Positions 42,913-51,836 are shown, counted from the first letter of the stretch. The stretch is DNA of 64,000 bases from Dehalococcoidia bacterium (GCA_965203955.1 OZ241923.1:1357395-1421394); one strand, 5' to 3'. Numbers and translations: made by a program. Notes: generated by a model not told the origin, from the letters alone.

Positions 42913-43077
42913 TTAATTCTGCGAAATGTCATCGAGTATCTCGTCTGAAGTTAACATTCGCCCCGCTTCCAACTCGGCCATCGCTTCGGCTACGGCTTGA
43001 CGCTCGTATTCGGTTTCGGGTTCGTCGTCTTCTGGCGCGCAGAGTAGTGCCGCCAGTACAGGGTCTGACTGACGCAT
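42913..43077 (-). CDS. possible small acidic protein (54 aa, antitoxin-like), below the ORF-track cutoff
   Basis: MRQSDPVLAALLCAPEDDEPETEYERQAVAEAMAELEAGRMLTSDEILDDISQN. No clear SD. Confidence 0.3.
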   Translation of the reverse strand: MRQSDPVLAALLCAPEDDEPETEYERQAVAEAMAELEAGRMLTSDEILDDISQN

Positions 43078-43080
43078 TTT

Positions 43081-43119
43081 CACCCCCATCCCAACCTTCC
43101 CCCATCAAGGGGGAAGGGG
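43081..43119 (+). repeat. repeat family B copy
   Basis: CACCCCCATCCCAACCTTCCCCCATCAAGGGGGAAGGGG. Confidence 0.85.
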
Positions 43120-43131
43120 TTTTTGTTCATT

Positions 43132-44574
43132 CTAGCCGGCGTTGACAAGGCTGTTCAGGGCTCTAATCTCCGGGGATTCCGGGTCGGCGGATTGCCAGTC
43201 TTGGGCGACCATTTTCAGGGTGTTGCGGGCTGTGTCGGTGTCGCCGGTGGATGCCTTGGTGCGGGCTAACCAGTAGCTGTCGCGGACGGAGGCGCGGCGG
43301 TTGAGGCGCACACGGAGGAGGTCTTCTGCCTTGTCGTATTGCTCGGCGCGTATGTATGACTCCAGCAGGGTGTCCTCAAAGACTTCGCGCTGGGCGTGGC
43401 TGCCGCCGATGCGGGCGAGCTGCGGGAATACGGGTTCGAGGTATCGCGCCGCGTCCTCGTAGCGGTCGTCGGCGAATGCGCTGATGCCCTTGACTAGCGG
43501 GAGCGTCACTTCCTTGGCGAGCGCGTCTCCCTGTCCGGCGAGGTCGCGCAGGCGGGCCTTGACTCCGCTCAGGCGCTCTTCGTCTCCGCTGGCGGCGAAT
43601 GCGAGGGCGGCGTGGGCGTCACGGAACGCGGGACCGGGCGTGGTCGCTGCGGGGGATGCCTGCTCTGCGATCTCCTGGGGCGGGAATGGCGTGTCGCAGC
43701 CGCCGTATATCTTGAGCCGCCACATGAGGGAGGAGCTGTCCATGAGCGAGTTCGCGCTCTTCTCCACTACGGTCGGGCGGATGACGTCTTCGTACATCTT
43801 GACGGCGTCGGAGTACTTGCCCTGCGCCAGCTCGAAGAGCGCCTGGTGCCAGGAGAGGTGGATGTTGAAGGGGGCGCGGCTGTCGTAGCCCTTGAGCCAG
43901 TTGCCGAGGAAGTCGCCGCCGTCCACGGCGTTGCCTTTCTCGAAATAGACGTGTGCGATGGAGTGGGATGCATGACCGCTGGTGGGACGACCGGCAAGGG
44001 AGCGCTCGGCGAGGGAAAGGGCTTTGTCGAGGCGGCCGGTCTCGTGGTGGGCGAAGGAGTACTGGCCGAGGAATGCCCAGTCGTCGCCGTAGCTGGGCTC
44101 GAGCTTCTGAAGCATGGCGTAAAGCTCGTCGGGGAAGTTCTGCACGCCCGCGCCGCTGCATCCGAGCAGGTAGAGGCGGTTGGCGACGCGCATCATCACG
44201 GCGTCGCGGGGGAACTCGTCGAGGTGCTCAAGGGTGACGGCGAGAGACTTGGGGCCGTGGCCGTTGATGAAGAGTGCAATGCCTTCGACGTGTCCCTGCT
44301 CGCGGCGGGTTGCGCTCCTGACGAGCTGCTGGGCCTTGGCGACGCTTGCCTTGGCTTCTGCGGGCGCGCCGCGGAGCATCTGCATCATGCTGAGGCCGGC
44401 GTAGGGGAGCGCGAAGTCTTCGTCCGCGTCTATCGCCTGCAGAAAGCGCTGCTCGGTGCCGTAGCCCTGTTCGAGCAGGATGTCAACGCCTTCGACGTAG
44501 TGCTCGGCGGCTTCCGCCGATGTCGTGGTCATGGCGAGCCCGTAGCGGTCTCGGATTGTGGCTGTTGCGGTCAT
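43132..44574 (-). CDS. tetratricopeptide repeat protein
   Basis: 480 aa, all-helical with TPR-like periodicity. SD is AAGGAGG. Confidence 0.6.
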   Translation of the reverse strand: MTATATIRDRYGLAMTTTSAEAAEHYVEGVDILLEQGYGTEQRFLQAIDADEDFALPYAGLSMMQMLRGAPAEAKASVAKAQQLVRSATRREQGHVEGIALFINGHGPKSLAVTLEHLDEFPRDAVMMRVANRLYLLGCSGAGVQNFPDELYAMLQKLEPSYGDDWAFLGQYSFAHHETGRLDKALSLAERSLAGRPTSGHASHSIAHVYFEKGNAVDGGDFLGNWLKGYDSRAPFNIHLSWHQALFELAQGKYSDAVKMYEDVIRPTVVEKSANSLMDSSSLMWRLKIYGGCDTPFPPQEIAEQASPAATTPGPAFRDAHAALAFAASGDEERLSGVKARLRDLAGQGDALAKEVTLPLVKGISAFADDRYEDAARYLEPVFPQLARIGGSHAQREVFEDTLLESYIRAEQYDKAEDLLRVRLNRRASVRDSYWLARTKASTGDTDTARNTLKMVAQDWQSADPESPEIRALNSLVNAG

Positions 44575-44588
44575 GGGTGTGCCTCCTT

Positions 44589-44625
44589 GGTTGTTGGTTT
44601 TGAGTTTTCAGTTATGAGTAGTCGG
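44589..44625 (-). repeat. TGA-rich spacer upstream of the TPR gene
   Basis: Minus strand reads CCGACTACTCATAACTGAAAACTCAAAACCAACAACC, followed by AAGGAGG and ATG. Confidence 0.65.
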
Positions 44626-44635
44626 TTATACGGCG

Positions 44636-45022
44636 CTATGAGGTCGGTGTGCCGATGGCTGCCAGGGTTTGGCCGGTGTCCCGTCGCTTAGCGTCTTCCT
44701 CTGATTCAAGGGGCGGCTCCCAGTCGTCGGGGAGCGGCTCGTAGAGCGGCTCGATTGCGCTGACATCGACAGTGGCGCGGGCTACTTCGAGGTCGTACAT
44801 CTGCTGGAGGTTCATCCACATTTCGGCGTCCGTGCTGAACGCCTTCGCAATTCGCAGCGCGATGTCCGCTGTGATTGACGCACGGCGGTTCATGATTTGG
44901 CTGATGCGATAGGGTGTAACGCCGATTGCCTTAGCGAACTGGGACTGGGTGATGTCTAGGTCTTCAAGGAACTCTTCGAGATGATCGCTGGGATGGATAA
45001 ACTTAGCATCACACATCTGCAA
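44636..45022 (-). CDS. higA: HigA family antitoxin (XRE HTH)
   Basis: HPSDHLEEFLEDLDITQSQFAKAIGVTPYRISQIMNRRASITADIALRIAKAFSTDAEMWMNLQQMYDL. Confidence 0.8.
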   Translation of the reverse strand: MQMCDAKFIHPSDHLEEFLEDLDITQSQFAKAIGVTPYRISQIMNRRASITADIALRIAKAFSTDAEMWMNLQQMYDLEVARATVDVSAIEPLYEPLPDDWEPPLESEEDAKRRDTGQTLAAIGTPTS

Positions 45023-45028
45023 TTCTCC

Positions 45029-45307
45029 CTAGTGGTAATCTGTTACTTCAATTTCTGTGGCACCGGATTGTGTCCACCGAAAGCACACGCGCCATTGGTC
45101 GTTGATTCGTATGCTGTACTGGCCTCTACGATTTCCATGCAAGGCTTCAAGTCTGTTAGAGCGCGGGTTGGCGAGGGATGCTAAGCTTCGCACAGCAACT
45201 ACTCGCTGAACCTTTATACGCGCTCGTTCTTGAATGTCGGGCGGCAATCGGCGGCTACGCTCGCCGTTAAAAAGCCGTTCAGTGTCTCTGTTTCTGAATC
45301 TGCTCAC
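45029..45307 (-). CDS. higB: HigB-type killer toxin
   Basis: NRLEALHGNRRGQYSIRINDQWRVCFRWTQSGATEIEVTDYH. Confidence 0.8.
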   Translation of the reverse strand: MSRFRNRDTERLFNGERSRRLPPDIQERARIKVQRVVAVRSLASLANPRSNRLEALHGNRRGQYSIRINDQWRVCFRWTQSGATEIEVTDYH

Positions 45308-45358
45308 TGAATTGGATGATAGACATTATGTGCAGGTGATGTCAAAGTCAGTCTGCTC

Positions 45359-45586
45359 CTAGAACAGGTTATGCCGTCGGGCTACTTCCTCCGCCGGGAT
45401 GGTGGGTTCACCAGCCTCCACAGCCCTTATTGAAGCTTCCAGTTCTGCGGCGAATTCTTCGCGCAACTCTAGCCCATCGTCCGTACCTTGCGTAAAGTCG
45501 AAAAGCGCCTGCGTTACAGATTCTCTGATGAGCGTGCGTAGTTCTTCTACGGTTAAGTCGGCGACTTTCCTCTGTGGCTGTGTCAT
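45359..45586 (-). CDS. orphan antitoxin-like small protein (75 aa)
   Basis: Acidic helical protein ending AVEAGEPTIPAEEVARRHNL. No adjacent toxin. Confidence 0.35.
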   Translation of the reverse strand: MTQPQRKVADLTVEELRTLIRESVTQALFDFTQGTDDGLELREEFAAELEASIRAVEAGEPTIPAEEVARRHNLF

Positions 45587-45616
45587 GAATACGCTCCCCT
45601 ATTGCGAATCAATTTA

Positions 45617-46564
45617 CTATTCGCCGTCGGCGAACAGGCTCTCCACGAAGGCTTGAGGGTCGAAGGGGGCTAGGTCTTCGGGCTGCTCGCCGGTGCCGAT
45701 GAACAGGACGGGGAGGTCGAGCTCGTCGCCGATGGCGAAGATTACGCCGCCCTTGGAGGAGCTGTCCACTTTGGCGAGCAGGACGCCCTCGCAGTCGACG
45801 GCTTCGGTGAAGGCGCGAGCCTGCATCAGGCCGTTCTGGCCGGTGGTGGCGTCGATGGTGAGAAGGACGCGCTGGGTGTCGGCGCCCTGACGGGAGAGGA
45901 CGCGCTGCATCTTCTTCAGCTCTTCCATGAGGTTGAACTTGGTGTGCAGGCGTCCTGCGGTGTCGATGATTACGACGTCCACGTCGCGGGCGCGAGCTGC
46001 CTGCAGGGTGTCGAAGGCGACTGCGCCGGGGTCTGCGCCCTGCTGGTGGGCGATGACGTCAACGTCGAGGCGGTCGCCCCAGACCTGTATCTGGTCGATG
46101 GCGGCGGCGCGGAAGGTGTCGGCTGCGCCGATCAGGACGCTTTTGCCTTCGTCCTGGTAGAGCCTGGTGAGCTTGGCGATGCTGGTGGTCTTGCCGACGC
46201 CGTTGACGCCGACCATTAGGATCACGAGCGGCTTTTCATCGACTTCGAGCGCCTGGTCAGTGTCCTCGAAGTCCACGAGGTAGAGCATCTCTTCGCGGAG
46301 CAGGGCGAGTGCGTCCTGCGGGTCCGAGATGCGGCGGTCGCGCACCCGGTCGCGAAGGCGTTCGATGAGCTTGAAGGTGGTTTCCACGCCGACGTCGGCG
46401 GTGATGAGCAGCTCTTCGAGTTCGTCCCAGAGGCTGTCGTCTATCTGCTGGCGACGGAAGAGGCCGGTCATCTGGCCGAAGAATGTCCGACGGGAGCGCT
46501 TTACGGCTTGTTCGGTCTTTGCTTTGTTTTCCGGGGTTGAGCGGCGGCGGAATAGTTTGAGCAT
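45617..46564 (-). CDS. ftsY: signal recognition particle receptor FtsY
   Basis: [31 protein letters not shown]. Confidence 0.9.
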   Translation of the reverse strand: MLKLFRRRSTPENKAKTEQAVKRSRRTFFGQMTGLFRRQQIDDSLWDELEELLITADVGVETTFKLIERLRDRVRDRRISDPQDALALLREEMLYLVDFEDTDQALEVDEKPLVILMVGVNGVGKTTSIAKLTRLYQDEGKSVLIGAADTFRAAAIDQIQVWGDRLDVDVIAHQQGADPGAVAFDTLQAARARDVDVVIIDTAGRLHTKFNLMEELKKMQRVLSRQGADTQRVLLTIDATTGQNGLMQARAFTEAVDCEGVLLAKVDSSSKGGVIFAIGDELDLPVLFIGTGEQPEDLAPFDPQAFVESLFADGE

Positions 46565-46632
46565 TTTTTGTGTAGTGACCCTCTGTGGTGGTGGTCGGTG
46601 TGGTTTGGACAGGCGCGACGTGGGAAAACCTC

Positions 46633-46670
46633 CACCCCCATCCTAACCTTCCCCCATCGAGGGGGAAGGG
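46633..46670 (+). repeat. repeat family B copy
   Basis: CACCCCCATCCTAACCTTCCCCCATCGAGGGGGAAGGG. Confidence 0.85.
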
Positions 46671-46680
46671 ATTTTATCAT

Positions 46681-46717
46681 CCCCTCACCCTAACCTTCTC
46701 CCAATGGGAGAGGGGAC
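46681..46717 (+). repeat. repeat family A copy
   Basis: CCCCTCACCCTAACCTTCTCCCAATGGGAGAGGGGAC. Directly follows a family B copy. Confidence 0.85.
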
Positions 46718-46734
46718 TTGATTGGGAAGGGGTT

Positions 46735-47115
46735 TTAGTTGGGAGCGATCTTGATGATGACGCGTTGGTCGTTGGGGTCGCGGCCTTCGAATTCGTCGGC
46801 GCCGGTGTATTTTTTGGCGAGCGAGTTGATGTGCTCGATCGCGCCTTCATGCGCGAACTCTACGACACGGCCTCGGATGGTGACCTGCTCGTAGGGGTTT
46901 TCGGCGTTGAGGATGGCGACGGCGACGCGCGGGTCGCGGCGGAGGTTTTTCGTCTTGACGCGGCCCTCGGCGGTGTTGAAGCGGACGTGCTCGCCGTCGG
47001 TGTCGACCCATACGGCGGTTGCCTGCGGGGAGCCGTCGGGCATTGTTGTCGCGATGATTGCGAGATTCTTGCCCTCGCTGAGCAGTCGGAGGGCGTCTGC
47101 GCTTAGCTTGCTCAT
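46735..47115 (-). CDS. PPOX class (probable F420-dependent) pyridoxamine 5'-phosphate oxidase family protein
   Basis: LAIIATTMPDGSPQATAVWV...KTKNLRRDPRVAVAI. ATG at 47115 is preceded by AGGGAGG. Confidence 0.65.
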   Translation of the reverse strand: MSKLSADALRLLSEGKNLAIIATTMPDGSPQATAVWVDTDGEHVRFNTAEGRVKTKNLRRDPRVAVAILNAENPYEQVTIRGRVVEFAHEGAIEHINSLAKKYTGADEFEGRDPNDQRVIIKIAPN

Positions 47116-47262
47116 TGGGTGTGCCTCCCTGTTGCTGGTCTTTGCGGGGCATCGTTTGGACATGCGCTAGCAAATGTCTCAGACACCCACTATTAAAAGA
47201 GTAACATCAAGGGCTGGGGGCTAACAAGTTGAGCGGGCGGATAGGGTTTTTTGGTTATCCAT

Positions 47263-47358
47263 GTCATTCCGAGGGCAACGAGAAATCTTAAATTGCTGAC
47301 TGCGGCATGCCTTGTTTTCCCGCAAAGATTTTAGACCCTTCACTCCGTTCAGGGTGAC
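47263..47358 (+). repeat. family D element copy
   Basis: GTCATTCCGAGGGCAACGAGAAATCTTAAA...GATTTTAGACCCTTCACTCCGTTCAGGGTGAC. Confidence 0.8.
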
Positions 47359-47419
47359 AACCGAAAGGCCCTGAGCGGGCGGGTGTGGATGGATGGGAAG
47401 GGGATGCGCTAGGAGTAGG

Positions 47420-47454
47420 ATGAAAGAAACGGGAGCAGCCTTTCGACTGCTCCC
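47420..47454 (-). terminator. rho-independent terminator
   Basis: GGGAGCAG-TCGAAAGG-CTGCTCCC followed by GTTTCTTTCAT on the minus strand, 27 nt after the stop at 47481. Confidence 0.65.
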
Positions 47455-47480
47455 GCCGGTTTATTTGCCAGAGGTCTCCG

Positions 47481-47654
47481 TTAGCGGAGGAAGCCGCGGA
47501 ACTCGCCGCGAACGGCGCTGTTGTAGTCCCTGCGCGCCTCATCGTACTTGGGGCCGGCCGTGCCTCTGCCCTTCTGGACATTTACGAGGTAGGAGTCGAA
47601 CCCGGTGCGGTGGCTGCGGATTCTCCGAATGGAACCTACGAATCTGTCAAACAT
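47481..47654 (-). CDS. small basic protein (57 aa), not in the ORF track
   Basis: MFDRFVGSIRRIRSHRTGFDSYLVNVQKGRGTAGPKYDEARRDYNSAVRGEFRGFLR. Strong SD AAGGAGG lies 7 nt upstream, and it has its own terminator. Confidence 0.55.
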   Translation of the reverse strand: MFDRFVGSIRRIRSHRTGFDSYLVNVQKGRGTAGPKYDEARRDYNSAVRGEFRGFLR

Positions 47655-47844
47655 GTGCAACCTCCTTTCCTTACATTCAAGGGCTGCTTAATGACCGTTT
47701 CAAGCTGTCACGATTGGCAGGTTTCTACGGTGTACATTCATGGTAGCCAACCCGCGCTATTCCTTGAAGGCATATTGTCCAATATGTTATATTTATTCTG
47801 GCAATGCCCCAGTGGCGCTGCACACTTCGGAGGACAATCAGGCA

Positions 47845-48738
47845 ATGGAGATTAGGGAACTTAGGAGCTTCAATACAGCGGCGCGCCTGCGGAGCATATC
47901 GAGGGCGGCGCGGGAACTGGGCTTGGGTCAGCCAACGGTTACCACGCACATAAAGAAGCTGGAAGAAGAACTTGGCATGACGCTGTTCGACCGGGTGAAG
48001 CGCCCGATACAGCTCACGCTTGCGGGGCAGCGACTGGCGGACATCGTTGGGCCACTGGTCGAGGGCATAGATGCGCTGCCGACGATGACGGCGCTGGCTG
48101 AGGAGCAGGGGCCGGTGCAGATAGCGTCCACGCCGGACATCATTCCGCATACGCTTATCCGCGTGGTGCGCGTGTTTCTGAACCGCTACCCGCAAGTGCA
48201 CCTGCGGATACGGTCAGGAACGCGGGCCGAGGTGCTCCAGATGGTGGAGAGCGGCGAGGTTGACCTGGGAATCGTGCAGCACTCGGAGAAGCGCGAGGCG
48301 CTGGAGTTCCTGGGTCTGTTCCTGTACGAGCGGGTGCTGATAACGCCACTGGACCATCCATTGATGAGGGAGCCTCTGGAGTCGCTGGACCAGATCGCGG
48401 AGTGGCCGCTCATCCTGATGGGGCGAGGGACGCATACGCGAGAGATCCTGGAGGAAGAGTTCAAGCGGCGCGGGGTTGACTACAACATCATGGTCGAGCT
48501 GGACAGCATGGACATGATCAAGCGGTACGTGGAGCTGGGGATGGGTATATCGGTGGGGCCGCGCCTGTCGATTGAGCCGGAGGACTCGCAGCGGGTGGGG
48601 GTGATAAGCCTGGCGAACTTCCTGCCGGTTGACCAGGCGGGCATCGTTACGCTGAAGGGCAAGACGGTGGCAACGCCGACACGCAACTTCATCTCTGTGA
48701 TGCAGGATGTGCTATCGCCGGCGGGATCGCGGCGGTAA
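47845..48738 (+). CDS. LysR family transcriptional regulator
   Basis: MEIRELRSFNTAARLRSISRAARELGLGQPTVTTHIKKLEEELGMTLFDR. Confidence 0.85.
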   Translation: MEIRELRSFNTAARLRSISRAARELGLGQPTVTTHIKKLEEELGMTLFDRVKRPIQLTLAGQRLADIVGPLVEGIDALPTMTALAEEQGPVQIASTPDIIPHTLIRVVRVFLNRYPQVHLRIRSGTRAEVLQMVESGEVDLGIVQHSEKREALEFLGLFLYERVLITPLDHPLMREPLESLDQIAEWPLILMGRGTHTREILEEEFKRRGVDYNIMVELDSMDMIKRYVELGMGISVGPRLSIEPEDSQRVGVISLANFLPVDQAGIVTLKGKTVATPTRNFISVMQDVLSPAGSRR

Positions 48739-48748
48739 GACCGCTTGG

Positions 48749-49858
48749 CTAGTTGACGGCGCCGGACGCGTCCTTGATGCCAACGAGTTCCGCCGTTACG
48801 ACGATGCGGTGGTCATAGACGAGGCGCGGCACACAGGCGACGAGGGTTAGCTGCGCGACATCCGAGCCGTAGAACTCGAAGTCGTCCTGGTGAATGACCT
48901 CGGTGCGCGTCGTCCTGTAAAGGAAGGTGCGTCCGTCCACGCTCTCCAATTCTACAAAGACATCGTCGCCGTCGCGCAGCAGGTCGGGTATTTCCGGCAG
49001 GCGATGGAAGACGTTGCCCTCGCCCTTGATCGGGCTTTCGAGATGGCCAAAGTACCAGGCGTTGCCCGTCTCGCCGGGGTTGGGGGACTGGGGTATGTGA
49101 CCCACGAGGTGCTTGGGCGTCTCATAAGCCCTGCTATCGCCGAGGTTGAGGATTGCAAGCTCGGTAATTTCCGAGTCAACGTCTATAAGCGGGATGGCGA
49201 TGCGCGAGGTGGGCGCGCCCTCACCCCGCCGCAGCGCGTCATCGGTTGCAGATACCAAGCGGAATCCGTCGGGCAGTCCGGTGTCGGGATTGCCGGGGCT
49301 GTACATGTATGGCTCGCCGCCGGACCAGAGGGGCTGCGCCCAGAACTTCGGGTGAATGTACGTCGCCGGATATAGGGCGGTGTAGCTTGAGGGCGGACGC
49401 GCAGGGACTTCCTGGTTTGCGGGGGCGGTCTGCTGGACGGGCTGTGGCGGCGCACTCACGCTGAGCGCGCCGGTCGAGGAAGCGGCCACGGAAGACACCT
49501 GCGATACATCCCTTTGCAACGACGCGTTGGTGGCGGGCGGCTGCGCTCCAGATGAGACGGCGGGCGCTGGCTGCTGTAGCTGTGGCCGCACTCGCTGCGC
49601 CTGCATGGGCTGCGCCTGCATGGGCTGCGCCTGCATGGGCTGCTCGACTACGAAGTTGAGGTCGTCGAGCTGAGAGCGGGCGCTCGCGGAGTAGGCGTAG
49701 TAGCCGCTGACGAGCGTCAGGAGAAGCGCGCCGATCAGCACCATTGCTATGCCGAGGGAACGCCCCAGCAGTAGTCTGCCTAACTGGGACCGGCCGAACC
49801 GGGGCGCACCCGGTCTGTGCGCGTGTGCTGGCTCGTTCTGCTGATGGTCGGCTCTCAT
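48749..49858 (-). CDS. sortase family protein with N-terminal TM and low-complexity linker
   Basis: TM LGIAMVLIGALLLTLVSGYYAY. Catalytic-domain motifs FGHLES, LTLVACVP (TLxTC-like), DHRIVV. Confidence 0.55.
   Translation of the reverse strand: MRADHQQNEPAHAHRPGAPRFGRSQLGRLLLGRSLGIAMVLIGALLLTLVSGYYAYSASARSQLDDLNFVVEQPMQAQPMQAQPMQAQRVRPQLQQPAPAVSSGAQPPATNASLQRDVSQVSSVAASSTGALSVSAPPQPVQQTAPANQEVPARPPSSYTALYPATYIHPKFWAQPLWSGGEPYMYSPGNPDTGLPDGFRLVSATDDALRRGEGAPTSRIAIPLIDVDSEITELAILNLGDSRAYETPKHLVGHIPQSPNPGETGNAWYFGHLESPIKGEGNVFHRLPEIPDLLRDGDDVFVELESVDGRTFLYRTTRTEVIHQDDFEFYGSDVAQLTLVACVPRLVYDHRIVVTAELVGIKDASGAVN
49594..49638 (-). repeat. 3 x 15-bp perfect tandem repeat inside the sortase gene (encodes PMQAQ x3)
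   Basis: CTGCGCCTGCATGGG x3 on the plus strand. Confidence 0.9.
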
Positions 49859-49992
49859 GCGTGGGTTACTGTACTGTCTCAGGCCGGCGGTCAGGCTGGG
49901 TCAATTGGGCTGGAGCGTCTGTCTAAACAGGATTATAGCGTATCCGCAAGTGCGCCCTGAATGGGACGACTTCACAAATGCAATTTATCCCT

Positions 49993-50086
49993 GTCATTTC
50001 GAGCGAAGCGAGAAGTCTTAAGTCGGGAACAGGTTTCGGGCAACGATTTCAGATTCCTCACTCCGCTGCGCTGCGTTCAGAATGAC
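49993..50086 (+). repeat. family D element copy
   Basis: GTCATTTCGAGCGAAGCGAGAAGTCTTAAG...GATTTCAGATTCCTCACTCCGCTGCGCTGCGTTCAGAATGAC. Confidence 0.85.
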
Positions 50087-50205
50087 AGTGTTAGGGATTT
50101 GTGAAATCGTCTTTGAACGGAAAAGCGCCCGTACACGGGCGCAAGGTGACCACCAAAGTTCTGGCAAGTCATAAACTGAAGCCGAATAGGGGGGACCCAG
50201 ATCTC

Positions 50206-50415
50206 CTATCTCGCGCGCGGTATGTGCGCCGCGCCGTTGGCTATGGGCTCGTTCAGGTACACATCGCCGTTGCGGATTTTGAGATTAAACCCACAATCGG
50301 GATTGCTGCATACCCACGCCTTGAAGTGTATTGGCGCCCCCTGGCTTCCGAAGTCCGACAGGGGGAGCAAACTTCCTTCCGGGCATACTCTGCATTCCGG
50401 CCAAGTCTGCTGCAC
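50206..50415 (-). CDS. small zinc-ribbon protein (69 aa)
   Basis: CRVCPEG...CSNPDCG. Confidence 0.4.
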   Translation of the reverse strand: MQQTWPECRVCPEGSLLPLSDFGSQGAPIHFKAWVCSNPDCGFNLKIRNGDVYLNEPIANGAAHIPRAR

Positions 50416-50696
50416 GGCTTCCTCCTCATTCTACCTACACGACTTTTGAGACCGACTTATAATTCAGGAATTATACCACTATATTATTGCGCTATACAAG
50501 TATTTCAAAGTGCTTGTAATATCAGTCTCTGTACTTATGCTCCAAGACTGAATCCGGCCCAGACTTCCAGAAGCACCATTCCTTATAGTCGCATTTAATA
50601 AACTAACTTCACCTATGGCATCGCTCCATTTATGATACCAAACCTTTATGCAAAAGCAATGCCCACGGATCACTTTCCCATGCCGCGCCAGGAAAC

Positions 50697-51293
50697 TCAA
50701 GGTGAAAGGTATGCGTAAGCGATGCGTTCGTAGATTGCGCCGTCGGGCAGCAGGGTGCTCTTCATGAGGCTGATGGCGTTAACGGCGATGGGTTGGCGCT
50801 CGGGCAGAAGCAGCGAGGAGAGGGTGTCTGCTGCGCGGCTGCGGTCGGACCGTGACGCCCTGTGGTGCATCCTGCCGATGGTGAGATGCGGGTTGAATCC
50901 GCGCTTTTCGGGAGAGAAGCCGATTGCGGTGAGTGCATCTTCGATGCCTGCCTGAAGCAGCCTGAGCGGTTCTAGGTCGCCGTCAACGCCGATCCAGAGA
51001 ACACGCGCTCGGTTTGCGTTGGGGAACACGCCCGTTGCGCCAAGTATCAAGCCGAATGGGGTGTGCCGCACCGCGACCTGCGACATCGCTTCCGCGACCG
51101 CCGTAACCCGATCCGCATCTATGTCGCCGAGGAACTTGAGGGTCAGGTGAACGCCTTCGGGACGCACGAGGCGCAGGTTGTTGATTTGCTCGCTGCGAAG
51201 CTGGTCGATGGCGGCAGCGATGTGTGTCTTAACTTCGTCGCTCAGTTCAACGGCGACGAAGGTGCGGATTTTTTTGCTTTCCGTACCGCTCAT
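50697..51293 (-). CDS. thpR: RNA 2',3'-cyclic phosphodiesterase (2H phosphoesterase, LigT/ThpR)
   Basis: Two HxT motifs: HLTLKF and HLTIGR. Confidence 0.8.
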   Translation of the reverse strand: MSGTESKKIRTFVAVELSDEVKTHIAAAIDQLRSEQINNLRLVRPEGVHLTLKFLGDIDADRVTAVAEAMSQVAVRHTPFGLILGATGVFPNANRARVLWIGVDGDLEPLRLLQAGIEDALTAIGFSPEKRGFNPHLTIGRMHHRASRSDRSRAADTLSSLLLPERQPIAVNAISLMKSTLLPDGAIYERIAYAYLSP

Positions 51294-51832
51294 GTATGAC
51301 TTGCCCTGATGCTGTCACGCAGGTCGCGCAATACCTGATACCAATGTATCAGGGTGTCTAGGGAGTATGCGGCGTTTGCCGGGCTGGGATTGGGTATGAC
51401 GAATACGCGGGAGCGACCGATGGTGTGGGGCTGCAAGCCGAGTTCAATTGAAGATTGCCTGATGTTTTCGGCATGCCGCAGGTAGTTGCGGTATGCGACG
51501 ACGCCGTGGAAGCAGACTATCAGTGGACTGAAACGCTCCAGTTTCTCCTTCAGCACGGGCGCCCACTCGCGGTAGTCGGCGGCGCGCAGGTCGGACGCGC
51601 CTCTCGTGGGGCGCTTCACGATGTCGGTCAGGCCGATGCCCTGTTCGAGCATCTTGTAGTCGGTACTGGCATCGAGCGGCTCGGCGAGCAGGCCGGAGCG
51701 GTTGATGGCGGGCCAGAAGCGGTTGCGCGTCGTGGAGAAGTAGTGCCCGACCTCGACCGAGTAGAGGCTGGGGTTCAAGCCGACGAGAATGATGTCGAGG
51801 TCCGGCTTCAGGTAGTCGGGCAGAGTGTTCAA
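51290..51832 (-). CDS. mug: G/U mismatch-specific uracil-DNA glycosylase (MUG family)
   Basis: DIILVGLNPSLYS...NRFW...GIGLTDIVKRPT. 4-nt overlap with thpR. Confidence 0.75.
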   Translation of the reverse strand: MNTLPDYLKPDLDIILVGLNPSLYSVEVGHYFSTTRNRFWPAINRSGLLAEPLDASTDYKMLEQGIGLTDIVKRPTRGASDLRAADYREWAPVLKEKLERFSPLIVCFHGVVAYRNYLRHAENIRQSSIELGLQPHTIGRSRVFVIPNPSPANAAYSLDTLIHWYQVLRDLRDSIRASHT

Positions 51833-51836
51833 CGGG

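Noticed and set aside
47592-47605. A GGTTCGACTCC-like T-loop motif (minus strand) suggesting a tRNA.
   Set aside because: The flanking bases do not form a T-stem or acceptor stem. The motif lies inside a small ORF that has a strong SD and terminator.
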